From NCBI GenBank assembly GCA_030606485.1, contig JAUWGH010000001.1, positions 1 through 32,000 on the forward strand: a DNA stretch of 32,000 nt, read 5' to 3'. The DNA comes from Promethearchaeota archaeon. Lineage in GTDB: Archaea; Asgardarchaeota; Lokiarchaeia; Sigyniarchaeales; SOKP01. Positions 1-8,602 of the stretch are shown here, piece by piece. Position numbers and translations under genes: made by a program. The notes under the pieces were generated by a model. The model saw only the letters and a list, made by a program, of their open reading frames with translations. It was not told where the DNA came from and searched no databases. Numbering within the stretch: position 1 is the stretch's first letter; every line of letters begins with the position of its first letter.

Positions 1-1023
1 AATATCATCTGGATGTATTAAATCTAATCGGGTTTTTCCCAACATATCATCGTTAGAATAACCTAGAATTTTCAAATAAGTTTCCTCATTAATATATTCG
101 TGTTCGAATTTTTGATTAAGAATTGTGATTAAATCATTTGCGTTTTCAGAAATAAGACGATATTTTTCTTCGGATTCTTTTAATTTTTGTTCTACCTTCT
201 TGCGCTCGGAAATATCTCTTGCAATCATTAAAATTTTATTTTCTCCATCTTGATCTATAAATCTTTTTCCCCTAACTTCAAGCCAATGATAAATGCCATT
301 TTTATCTTTAAGTCGCACCAAATCGATTAATTCGCCATATTTAAAACCTTTTTTAAAAGACTCAATTGCATTATTAATATCATCTGGATGCATAATTTCT
401 AATGTGGATTTACCAATTAAATCATCTTTAGAAAATCCCAATATTTTAATGTGAATATTTTCATTAATGTATTCAAATTGGGTTTTTTGATTAACAATGG
501 CAATTAGGTCATTTGCATTTTCTGAAATTAATCGATATTTTTCTTCAGATTCTTTTAATTCTTTTGTCCGTTCAATTATTTTTTGTTCTAATTCTTTATT
601 TAAATTTTTAAGTTGTTTTCCAGATTCTTTTAATTTTAATTCTATTAATCGTAATTGTGTAATATCTTTAGCAACCCCTAAAATTCCATAGATTTTTCCA
701 TCTTGCCTTAAAGGTATTCCATATGTTTCAACATACAGGAATTCACCATTTTTTGTTTTTAATTTGTATTCTGTATGTGTTAATTGCTTACCAAAATCTC
801 TAATTTCTGCTAATGCCTTAAATGCTACTGCTAATTGATCTTTACTAATCAAATCATTGAAACTTAAATTTTTAATTTCTTCCCTATTATAACCAAGTTT
901 TTCTAACGTGATTTCATTTGCATCAAGAAATTTTCCTTTAAAATCATGAACGTAAATCAAATCTAAAGAATATTCAAAAAGGTCCTTAAATTTTTCTCTT
1001 ACTAACTCTAAACTATAAGTCAT
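1..1023 (-). CDS. Multi-PAS-domain sensor protein (probable histidine kinase N-terminal part); 3' end lies outside the window
   Basis: Manual translation from ATG at 1023: MTYSLELVREKFKDLFEYSLDLIYVHDFKGKFLDANEITLEKLGY...GILGVAKDITQ, then two more PAS units each starting KESEEKYRLISENANDLI and containing HPDD; open to position 1 with no stop, hence absent from the ORF track. Kinase domain is not visible, so that part is inference. Confidence 0.9.
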   Translation of the reverse strand, partial: MTYSLELVREKFKDLFEYSLDLIYVHDFKGKFLDANEITLEKLGYNREEIKNLSFNDLISKDQLAVAFKALAEIRDFGKQLTHTEYKLKTKNGEFLYVETYGIPLRQDGKIYGILGVAKDITQLRLIELKLKESGKQLKNLNKELEQKIIERTKELKESEEKYRLISENANDLIAIVNQKTQFEYINENIHIKILGFSKDDLIGKSTLEIMHPDDINNAIESFKKGFKYGELIDLVRLKDKNGIYHWLEVRGKRFIDQDGENKILMIARDISERKKVEQKLKESEEKYRLISENANDLITILNQKFEHEYINEETYLKILGYSNDDMLGKTRLDLIHPDDI

Positions 1024-1319
1024 ATTTCCTCAAATTAGTTTGTTTAAATTAATTTCCAGTCTTTTGAGTTATTTTTTAAAGAGTCAATATTTTTATTATT
1101 AACCCCTATACTACGTGAATAAAAAATAGATTATATTAATATTACTTTTTTAAAAAGATTAAAATTAAATATAATTATAATTAATAAAGTTATCTTTAAT
1201 AAATTGGAACAATTTAAACAACTTTTTAATTTATAGCAGAGCCTTTTAATCAAGTAGATATAAAATTAAATAATTTGATAATGAAAAACTTTTAAAATCT
1301 AAATATTTTCTATATTTGA

Positions 1320-1449
1320 ATATATCTTTGACATAATTTATTTAACCAATATAAATATTGGGATTTCACAACTGGATAAGATCTCGTAAATTTGGGTCAT
1401 AATCGGTAAAGCCAGAAGTTAAAGAATCTCCAAAACATAGAAAAATCAT
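1320..1449 (-). pseudogene. Degraded GDSL/SGNH-hydrolase 5' remnant
   Basis: ATG at 1449 reads MIFLCFGDSLTSGFTDYDPNLRDLIQL* (block I motif FGDSLT); a shifted frame continues KSQYLYWLNKLCQRY before further stops. Left boundary is approximate. Confidence 0.6.
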
Positions 1450-1542
1450 AATTAATAAAATTATAATGTAGGAAAGATTTAAAATATATATAGATTAAAA
1501 AGAATATATATAAGAAATATGGGGGTATAGCCTAGTTTGGAT

Positions 1543-1559
1543 AACTATTTGTTCCAGAA
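1543..1559 (+). other. tRNA intron 1 (17 nt, D-loop, approx. position 20a/21)
   Basis: Bulge-helix-bulge fold by eye: helix TTGG(1537-40)/CCAG(1554-57), bulges ATA and AAA; splicing gives AGTTTGGATA-GGGCG. Boundaries may shift by 1 nt because of flanking As. Confidence 0.75.
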
Positions 1560-1597
1560 AGGGCGTTAGCTTGCGGAGCTAAAGGCCGAGGGTTCAA

Positions 1598-1627
1598 AAG
1601 AGAAAGCATTTCGCTTCTTGTGAATAA
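1598..1627 (+). other. tRNA intron 2 (30 nt, T-loop, position 58/59)
   Basis: BHB: helix GTTC(1592-95)/GAAT(1622-25), bulges AAA and AAA, internal hairpin AAGC-ATTTC-GCTT; splicing restores TTCAAAT. Confidence 0.8.
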
Positions 1628-1645
1628 ATCCCCCTACCCCCATTT

Positions 1646-3016
1646 CTATCTAGCTTTTTCTAATTTTCGTTTGTATAATGATTGAAAAAATCTTAACTTT
1701 TGTTCAACTTTACGACTATTAAAAAAAAGGAAACGATGAAATATTATATTAATTTCGTCTTTATTTGCATCAGGGAATGCAAAAGTGATCTTTTTTACAG
1801 GTTTTACTTGATTAATGTTAAATAATGGTTTTAAAATGGGTAAAAATATTTCAGACAAATTATCGCTTTTTTTATTTAATTTTAAGAGATCACCATTAAC
1901 TTTAAAAAATAAATTTATTAAAAAAAGTAAATGAAACAGATTTGCCATAAAAATATATTTACATAAAAAAAATAATTGCTCTACATTCGAAAATGGAAAT
2001 TCAAGTGTTAATTTTGACCCAACTCTGTTTAAATCATTCTTTTTATCAATCCCCATTTCCTCGTAGCCTAATTTTAATAAAAAATTTAATAAACCTGGAA
2101 ATCTTTTCTTATCAAAAAGTACCCAATATTCTTGCTTTCCTTTGATAAAAAAGAACCCTTCTTTAAAAACTACAGAAGTATAATATAATTTTCCAGTTTT
2201 TATTGCTATTCCTTTCTGAACTGTTATTGAATCTTCAGTCCATGCTTCTTCGGCGAACAATATAGAATATTTTTTAAAAGATTCCAGAATATCACTATAT
2301 ATTTCCTCATAATTATCAATCTTAGATTTATATTTCTCCAGATAAGATAATTCTTTTTGAATTGTTTCGATAAGTGTAATATAAACACACATGTATTTCT
2401 CTCTATATTTTTTGATAAGTTCAATTGCATCTTCCTGTTCCTTTAATTTTATTTCAATTTTATCATTTTTTATATCAACCTTTTTAATTTGAGTATCAAA
2501 AGATTTCTCCTCTAATTTTTCCCTTTCAAATATATTATCGATAAAATGTAATTTTATTGAAGGAGATTTGATTGGTAATGAAAAAATAACCTTTTCTTTG
2601 ATTCTGGGAAATTTTGAAATAATATTAATAAATTTCTCTGCAATTAATTCTATTTTTCCACTATTATCTTTAATCAAATTTCTTGTATCGATTAAAGGTT
2701 GATTTTTATTTGAATTATTAATAAGTTTATCATTGATATAATGAAAATTTCTTACGTAATAGTTATTATCTTGCAAATAGCTTAAATTCTTTAATTTTTT
2801 TTTTTCCCATTTGATTAAAAAGGGATCCGGAATTATCAAATCGAGTTCTTTAGATTTAATCATTTCAAAAAGTATTTCATATAGAATCTTCTCAGAAATT
2901 GGATTTGGACTTTTCAATCTACAAATAAAATTGAAAATCTCAATATATAAGACTGCACCTAATCTATGAGAGGATATCTCCTTGATTATACTTTTTTTAA
3001 TTTCCGCTTTTAACAT
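1646..3016 (-). CDS. Hypothetical protein (456 aa)
   Basis: Long ORF with ATG start and host-like Lys/Ile-rich composition; no motif recognised. Stop lies 3 nt from the tRNA 3' end. Confidence 0.75.
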   Translation of the reverse strand: MLKAEIKKSIIKEISSHRLGAVLYIEIFNFICRLKSPNPISEKILYEILFEMIKSKELDLIIPDPFLIKWEKKKLKNLSYLQDNNYYVRNFHYINDKLINNSNKNQPLIDTRNLIKDNSGKIELIAEKFINIISKFPRIKEKVIFSLPIKSPSIKLHFIDNIFEREKLEEKSFDTQIKKVDIKNDKIEIKLKEQEDAIELIKKYREKYMCVYITLIETIQKELSYLEKYKSKIDNYEEIYSDILESFKKYSILFAEEAWTEDSITVQKGIAIKTGKLYYTSVVFKEGFFFIKGKQEYWVLFDKKRFPGLLNFLLKLGYEEMGIDKKNDLNRVGSKLTLEFPFSNVEQLFFLCKYIFMANLFHLLFLINLFFKVNGDLLKLNKKSDNLSEIFLPILKPLFNINQVKPVKKITFAFPDANKDEINIIFHRFLFFNSRKVEQKLRFFQSLYKRKLEKAR

Positions 3017-3208
3017 TAATATTAAATTTTAATAGAATCTATTTAAAAATAACTTTAAATTAAGATATGAATTAAATTTTAATCTAAGATCTCATAATTT
3101 CTTGAAATATTATGAAGAAAATTAAAAATCCTGTTAAATTTAAAATTAATAATTTTAAGTAAATTTATCGGAGATTTTAAACTCCAAATAATTTCAAATA
3201 TTATAGAC

Positions 3209-4756
3209 ATGATTAAAGAAGAAAAATTAAATATCTTGTTTGTGAATCCATTTAAATTAATTCCTGAATTCATGGATCAGGAAATTTTATTGGGTCCATT
3301 ATATGTACAAAATTTCATAAAGAGTAAGATAAAAAATGTGAAAACTGATATAGTTGACATGATTAAAGAAGAGAAGTTAGGTAATTTTAATCCAGATCAA
3401 TTTGAACCAATAGAAAAATTTCATTCCCAAATGGATAAATTATTAGACACAATAAATTTTGAATTAGATATAAATTCAATTGTAGCAATAACCGTTCCCA
3501 CTTCGAAGCATTTTATTCCTACTATGATGATTGCGAAATATTTCCAGAAGAATTATCCTCAAATTCCCATTGTTTTAGGTGGAGCCCATGTTAGCTCTGT
3601 CCCTCAGGATTTTATTTTCGATAAGACACCTATAGATTATATTATTATCGGGGAAGGGGAATTATCTTTCTTGGATATTATTAATAGTGGGTTTAAGAAA
3701 CAAAAAACACCCAAAAAATATTTAAACAATCCCATTGAACAATTAGATGATCTTCCGGTAATAGATTTCTCTTTATACAACAAATATTTAAAGGAATTCA
3801 CAACTCTAAGCATCTCTCTCAGTAGGGGTTGTCCTTTTAATTGTTCGTTTTGTATGGAAAAAAAATTAATTGAAGGAACTGGAAACATACATAAAAAGTG
3901 GAGAAGTTATACTCCAAAACGCGCAAAAATAGAACTAGAATCAATGCTTAAATTTGGCGAGATTAATAACATTAGATCATATGCTTTTTATGACCCCATT
4001 TTCGGCTTTAGTCGGCAATGGCTATTAAAATTTTTGAATTTATATCCTATAGAGCCTGATTTTCACGTATGGACCGAATGCCGTTTGGATGTTTTAAATG
4101 AAGATGTTTTAACTAAACTGGCAGCCCGAAAAGTCTCATTGATGTATGGATTAGAGACTTATTCGAAAAAAATGCTTTCAATCATGAATAAAACTAATAA
4201 TCCTACTCAATATATAGAAAAATTTAATGAAATTATGAAAATTTCGGAAAAGTTGGAGATGTTCTGCGTTTTAAATATTATTATCAATCATCCTGGCGAA
4301 ACAAGACAATCTTTTAAGGAAACATTTGAATTTGCGAAAAAAATTTCTGAAAAAGTTGATTTAGTTAATTTGAATTATAATTTAATGCGAAATTTTCCAG
4401 GAACGCCACTATACTGCAATTTGGATTATTATCGAGAGACATATGGAAGTGAATTTTATTTTCTTGATTGGTGGAAATATAAGGAACAATTAGATTATGG
4501 TTTAACTTGTATTCGCCCCAGTAAAAATTTATCCTTAAGAGAAATTTTAAATTTATATAGAGATTCCTATATTGAATTGCAAGAATTAAATATTAAACAT
4601 TTAAAAGAATCAAAAAATAGATTGGAAGATTATTTTGTAAAAATAATGTATGAAAAAAATAAAATAACATTTCTTGAAAATTTAATTAAAAATATGATTG
4701 AATTTTTAGATGTACATGAGATAGAAATCGAATCTAAACATGAAAGAAAGAGTTAA
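3209..4756 (+). CDS. B12-binding-domain radical SAM protein
   Basis: N-terminal ILFVNP...LGPLY and VLGGAHVS / DYIIIGEGE (cobalamin-binding domain), SRGCPFNCSFC (CxxxCxxC), GLET, later PGTPL. Confidence 0.9.
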   Translation: MIKEEKLNILFVNPFKLIPEFMDQEILLGPLYVQNFIKSKIKNVKTDIVDMIKEEKLGNFNPDQFEPIEKFHSQMDKLLDTINFELDINSIVAITVPTSKHFIPTMMIAKYFQKNYPQIPIVLGGAHVSSVPQDFIFDKTPIDYIIIGEGELSFLDIINSGFKKQKTPKKYLNNPIEQLDDLPVIDFSLYNKYLKEFTTLSISLSRGCPFNCSFCMEKKLIEGTGNIHKKWRSYTPKRAKIELESMLKFGEINNIRSYAFYDPIFGFSRQWLLKFLNLYPIEPDFHVWTECRLDVLNEDVLTKLAARKVSLMYGLETYSKKMLSIMNKTNNPTQYIEKFNEIMKISEKLEMFCVLNIIINHPGETRQSFKETFEFAKKISEKVDLVNLNYNLMRNFPGTPLYCNLDYYRETYGSEFYFLDWWKYKEQLDYGLTCIRPSKNLSLREILNLYRDSYIELQELNIKHLKESKNRLEDYFVKIMYEKNKITFLENLIKNMIEFLDVHEIEIESKHERKS

Positions 4757-5553
4757 ATCTGAATATAATTTAAGATATCAGAAATTTTATTGATTGTATA
4801 ATCTGGCTTATATTTAGGTAAAATTTCTTGTTCGAAGGGGAATTTAAAAGATCTTTTTATTAAAAATGTATTTAATTTTGCTTTTTTCCCACCAATCATG
4901 TCCGCTGCTTCGTCTCCAATCATAAGGCAGCTCTCTGGGCAATGGGATAAACCTATTTTTTCAAGAGTATTATGAAATATTTCTACATTTGGTTTTCTCT
5001 TACCGAAACCTGCAGATGTTACAATTGCATTAAAATATTCAAAAAGATGGTGTTTTTTTAACATATTAATTATGCTATTATGATGTCGCGCATTAGATAA
5101 AATAGCTATTTTAATCTTTGCATCTAACAAGGTCATTAAAGTTTGTTTAGAATCTGAAAAAGGAATCCATGCATCATCAGAAAACGAATGATATTTATCA
5201 GATAATTTATTTAAAATTTCATTAGTGAGAAATTTTTTTAAAATAGAAGGTTCTAAATTCTTCATATTTTTTAAGACAAATTCAAGAATTTTCGCAGTAG
5301 GATATTCTAATTTGGTCTTAATACTCAATTGCCAAAATTTTCTGTTCTGTTTTTTAATATTTTCAACAAAAGTATCAATTTGATTATCATTAAAAAGCCC
5401 TTCGCTTTTTAAAAATTCCGCAACTAAATTTAGACCTTGATATTCAATTTCAATATATCTTTCAAGCGATGGATTCTTAAAATGGAATAATGTGAAACCA
5501 AAATCAAAAATAATACCTTCAGGTTTGATTTTAGTCTTAATTAAATTATCCAT
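4753..5553 (-). CDS. HAD-superfamily hydrolase
   Basis: Motif I IIFDFGFTL, motif II ILSN, motif III KRKPNVEIF, motif IV MIGDEAADMIGG. Shares a TTAA stop overlap with the radical SAM gene. Confidence 0.9.
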   Translation of the reverse strand: MDNLIKTKIKPEGIIFDFGFTLFHFKNPSLERYIEIEYQGLNLVAEFLKSEGLFNDNQIDTFVENIKKQNRKFWQLSIKTKLEYPTAKILEFVLKNMKNLEPSILKKFLTNEILNKLSDKYHSFSDDAWIPFSDSKQTLMTLLDAKIKIAILSNARHHNSIINMLKKHHLFEYFNAIVTSAGFGKRKPNVEIFHNTLEKIGLSHCPESCLMIGDEAADMIGGKKAKLNTFLIKRSFKFPFEQEILPKYKPDYTINKISDILNYIQI

Positions 5554-5620
5554 TATTAATCACATTAAACATTTAATAAGAAGATTATAAAAATTTAATG
5601 ATTGTAACGATATTGTAACG

Positions 5621-6139
5621 ATGGCTTTAAATAAATGGTTGGATGAGGATAACTCGAAAAATAATAAAGGAAAATCAAAAATGACAATCATATCCCCATT
5701 TAAAGAACAGAAGTTAAAAAAAATAAAAGAGTCAATTAGGAAGAGTCAAAAGCAAGAAACAGAATCGAAAGACCCAATAGATGTTTTCATCTCATATGTA
5801 TCGGAATTTAAAAAGTTTCTAAATTCAAGAACTTATCTACGTGGGGATCTAAATAAACTGATTACATGGATAATAAATTTAAACTACAAATATAAAGAAT
5901 TGATCAATTCCAATGAAAATTTTAACACAAATAATAAAGAGAGTAATATTGAGTTATTAAAAGAGATTCCTCCTACTTTTCTTGATGAAAAATTAACTTT
6001 AACTTTAAAAAAATATGCCTATAAAGATAAAATGAATAATTCCGATAGATATTATTTGCGTAAGTTGAAATCTCTCGTTAAAGATCAGCTAAAAAGAGCA
6101 AGAATATATCAAATTATGGATAAAATTTTAAATCAATAA
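5621..6139 (+). CDS. Hypothetical protein (172 aa)
   Basis: ATG-started ORF filling the gap between flanking genes; helical, basic; no recognised motif. Confidence 0.7.
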   Translation: MALNKWLDEDNSKNNKGKSKMTIISPFKEQKLKKIKESIRKSQKQETESKDPIDVFISYVSEFKKFLNSRTYLRGDLNKLITWIINLNYKYKELINSNENFNTNNKESNIELLKEIPPTFLDEKLTLTLKKYAYKDKMNNSDRYYLRKLKSLVKDQLKRARIYQIMDKILNQ

Positions 6140-6269
6140 TTTTAAATCAAAAACTAATTATTAATCCCTCTGATTTTATTGAATAATACTAAATTTAAAA
6201 ACATATGATTTAATATAACTCTTAAGTAAAGGCATTAATATATTAAAATTAAAAATTGGGTTGTTAAAG

Positions 6270-7349
6270 ATGTGGATTGTGTGTCCTATAGCTGGTGTTG
6301 GAAAAAGACTTCAACCTTTCACTTATACTAAGCCTAAGGCGTTTTTAAAAATAGCTGGAAAGAAGATTATCGACCATTTATTGATTAAATTGAAAAATAA
6401 TTTCCCTCAGGGCACGGATATTTTATTTATCATTGGATATAAAGGAAGGCAAATTTCCGATTATTTAAAAGATAATTACTCAGATTATTATAATCTTTTT
6501 TTTACAGAACAAAAGCCCTTAGGTTTTGATGATGATATTCCATATTTCTCGGGACTCGCTGATGCCGTTCTTTTAGCTAAAGATTATGTAAAGAATGACA
6601 ATTTTTTTATCATTTTGAGTGATAGATTACCAACGCGTGACTACTCAACAATGTTAATTTCTTTTCATCAAAATCAATTTGATATTTTAATTAACGTGCA
6701 GGAAGTAAAACAACCAGAATACTATGGTGTAGTGCAATGTGATGAGGGTGGCAATATAAAAAAAATAATAGAAAAACCCGAGCAATATGTTTCAAACCTT
6801 GCTGTTTCAGGAGCATATTTAATCAATAATTCAGTTTCTTCCATTTTTTTTGAATTAATCCAGAAACAATACGAAATTCCACTTGATAATGGAAGAGAAC
6901 ATCAACTAACACCAATAATACAAAAATTAATTGATATGGGAAAAACAGTTAAAATAAATAAAATGCATGATACTATCTTAGATTTTGGTCGTCCAGAGAG
7001 TCTTATTGAGGGAAATCGCTATTTATTAAGTGAGATAAAACAAATTGATCCACTTTATGAATCTCTAAAAATTAAAGGAAATTCTATATCTTCTAAAATA
7101 ATACCTCCAGTAATAATTGGGGATAATGCAAAAATTACCAATTCGATAATAGGTCCTAACGTTTCTGTTGGCGATAATATCATTCTAAATAAATGTATTT
7201 GTTCGGATACAATAATTGGAGATAATACATCTCTAAATAAAATTATTACTTCAAGTAGTCTAATTGGAGACTTCTCTACTTTGGAAGATCTTATCAAAGA
7301 AAATATAATAATTGGGGATTCTTCTTGTATTTCAACTTCTGAAAGGTAA
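6270..7349 (+). CDS. Sugar-phosphate nucleotidyltransferase (glucose-1-phosphate thymidylyltransferase long-form-like) with C-terminal left-handed beta-helix
   Basis: PIAGVGKRLQPFTYTKPK, YGVV, IIEKP, AVSGAY, DFGRPESL; hexapeptide repeats (VIIGDNAKITNSIIGPNVSVGDN). ATG at 6270 preferred over TTG at 6261. Confidence 0.88.
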   Translation: MWIVCPIAGVGKRLQPFTYTKPKAFLKIAGKKIIDHLLIKLKNNFPQGTDILFIIGYKGRQISDYLKDNYSDYYNLFFTEQKPLGFDDDIPYFSGLADAVLLAKDYVKNDNFFIILSDRLPTRDYSTMLISFHQNQFDILINVQEVKQPEYYGVVQCDEGGNIKKIIEKPEQYVSNLAVSGAYLINNSVSSIFFELIQKQYEIPLDNGREHQLTPIIQKLIDMGKTVKINKMHDTILDFGRPESLIEGNRYLLSEIKQIDPLYESLKIKGNSISSKIIPPVIIGDNAKITNSIIGPNVSVGDNIILNKCICSDTIIGDNTSLNKIITSSSLIGDFSTLEDLIKENIIIGDSSCISTSER

Positions 7350-7480
7350 TAATTTCCACTAAGAAAAAATCGATTTAAAAGAATGGACCATTAAAAATTT
7401 ATATATTTAAAATACCCTTAGTTATAGTATATTAAAATAATTAATATTAAAATTTAAAAAAAATAAAGAGTACGATATAA

Positions 7481-7984
7481 ATGGGTTTTGGTAAGGCTTT
7501 CGGTTTAGGATTTCTAATTTATGTTGCTTTGAATTTTGTCTTTGCATTAATTGTTGCCCTTTTAGCAGGTACAATAGATCTCTATTTTAGTGGGATAACA
7601 ACATATCCTCTGGTATTCATTAGTTCTCTTTTCGCTCCAATATTAATTCTCCCTGGCGATGCATGGTTAACTCTAGGAATATTAGCAGTATTATCTGCTC
7701 CTGCTGCTGGAATGCTTCTAGCTTTAATAATAATGATAGGATTAATTGTTCCGCCAATATTAGCCGCAATTATTGCTGGCCGAACTGGAGGGGGTAAAGG
7801 AGCAGCATTCGGAGCTTGGTTCTTAATTGCTATTATTTGTGCTACTGTACCTCTAGTCTTAGGTATTATCGCTGGTACCCTCTTAGTTGATGTTACTACA
7901 ATTCTAACTTTTATATTGAGTGGAGTTATAAACGGATTATTTTATGGAGCAATAGCAGCGCTTTCGGCAAGAGAAGGTTTTTAA
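7481..7984 (+). CDS. Small Gly/Ala-rich polytopic membrane protein
   Basis: About five hydrophobic segments; followed by a T-tract. Confidence 0.8.
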   Translation: MGFGKAFGLGFLIYVALNFVFALIVALLAGTIDLYFSGITTYPLVFISSLFAPILILPGDAWLTLGILAVLSAPAAGMLLALIIMIGLIVPPILAAIIAGRTGGGKGAAFGAWFLIAIICATVPLVLGIIAGTLLVDVTTILTFILSGVINGLFYGAIAALSAREGF

Positions 7985-8002
7985 AATAATTAGATAATTC
8001 AA

Positions 8003-8021
8003 TTTTTTTTTTATTTTTTTT
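8003..8021 (+). terminator. Oligo-T tract, putative archaeal intrinsic terminator
   Basis: T10-A-T8 run about 20 nt after the stop at 7984. Confidence 0.5.
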
Positions 8022-8119
8022 CAATCTTAAATCTCTATTACGATAGTTATTTAGATTAAATTTAATAGTTAATTCAAAAAATTATTATTATTATTATTTC
8101 ATATTCTTCTTTAATTATT

Positions 8120-8569
8120 ATGAGCTCTTTTAGTGAATTTATAAAAACATTCGAGTTAAGAAGTAACAGATTAAAGGGAAAATTTCTCCCAATTTCAGAA
8201 AATATAAGAAAAAAAAGACATAACTATAAAGTTAAATCAATTTATTCTTTAGAAGATGAATTAAAAGACCGTTTTTATTTAATTAAATTTATTAATCCTG
8301 AAAACAAACCAAAATATCTTTATTTTATATCTTTTATTTTAGCATATCAAAGTTCTGATTTACTTGTTTTTATTGCTAGAGATTTAGTAAAAAGAGCTAA
8401 CATACTTTTGACACAATATCCCCTAAAAGCTAAACACTTTAGATTAAGTTTAATATGTTTAAAAGAGATAAAAAATAAGGATGATTTTTTCAAAATCAAA
8501 CAGATAATGAAAGAAATATATAAAGAGTTAAAAATTAAATTAATTAAAATATCTGAAATGACCGATTAA
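8120..8569 (+). CDS. Hypothetical protein (149 aa)
   Basis: ATG-started ORF directly upstream of pyk; no motif recognised. Confidence 0.65.
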   Translation: MSSFSEFIKTFELRSNRLKGKFLPISENIRKKRHNYKVKSIYSLEDELKDRFYLIKFINPENKPKYLYFISFILAYQSSDLLVFIARDLVKRANILLTQYPLKAKHFRLSLICLKEIKNKDDFFKIKQIMKEIYKELKIKLIKISEMTD

Positions 8570-8602
8570 TTTGATTAATAAAATTATTTCTAGTTGATTT
8601 TT

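Larger units (their letters stand above)
1521..1642 (+). tRNA. tRNA-Arg(GCG) with two non-canonical introns (D-loop and T-loop), CCA not encoded
   Basis: Acceptor stem GGGGGTA/TACCCCC plus discriminator A; D stem GCCT/GGGC; anticodon arm TTAGC-TT GCG GA-GCTAA; T arm GAGGG-TTCAAAT-CCCCC (one A-C mismatch). Removing 1543-1559 and 1598-1627 gives a 75-nt cloverleaf with the A20 arginine identity base. Confidence 0.9.

Noticed and set aside
497-691. Plus-strand 64-aa ORF
   Set aside because: Antisense shadow of the PAS gene.
1521-1642. tRNA as integration site of a mobile element
   Set aside because: I saw no second copy of the tRNA 3' end, no integrase and no foreign-looking block in the window.
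3206-3372. 17-bp direct repeat GACATGATTAAAGAAGA at 3206 and 3356 (MIKEEKL twice, 50 codons apart)
   Set aside because: The sequence between the copies encodes the normal first strands of the B12-binding domain, so it is not a dispensable duplication; low-complexity A-rich match, no function supportable.
3209-7349. Radical SAM + HAD + nucleotidyltransferase as one biosynthetic cluster
   Set aside because: Mixed orientations and an intervening unrelated ORF; nothing in the sequence ties them together.
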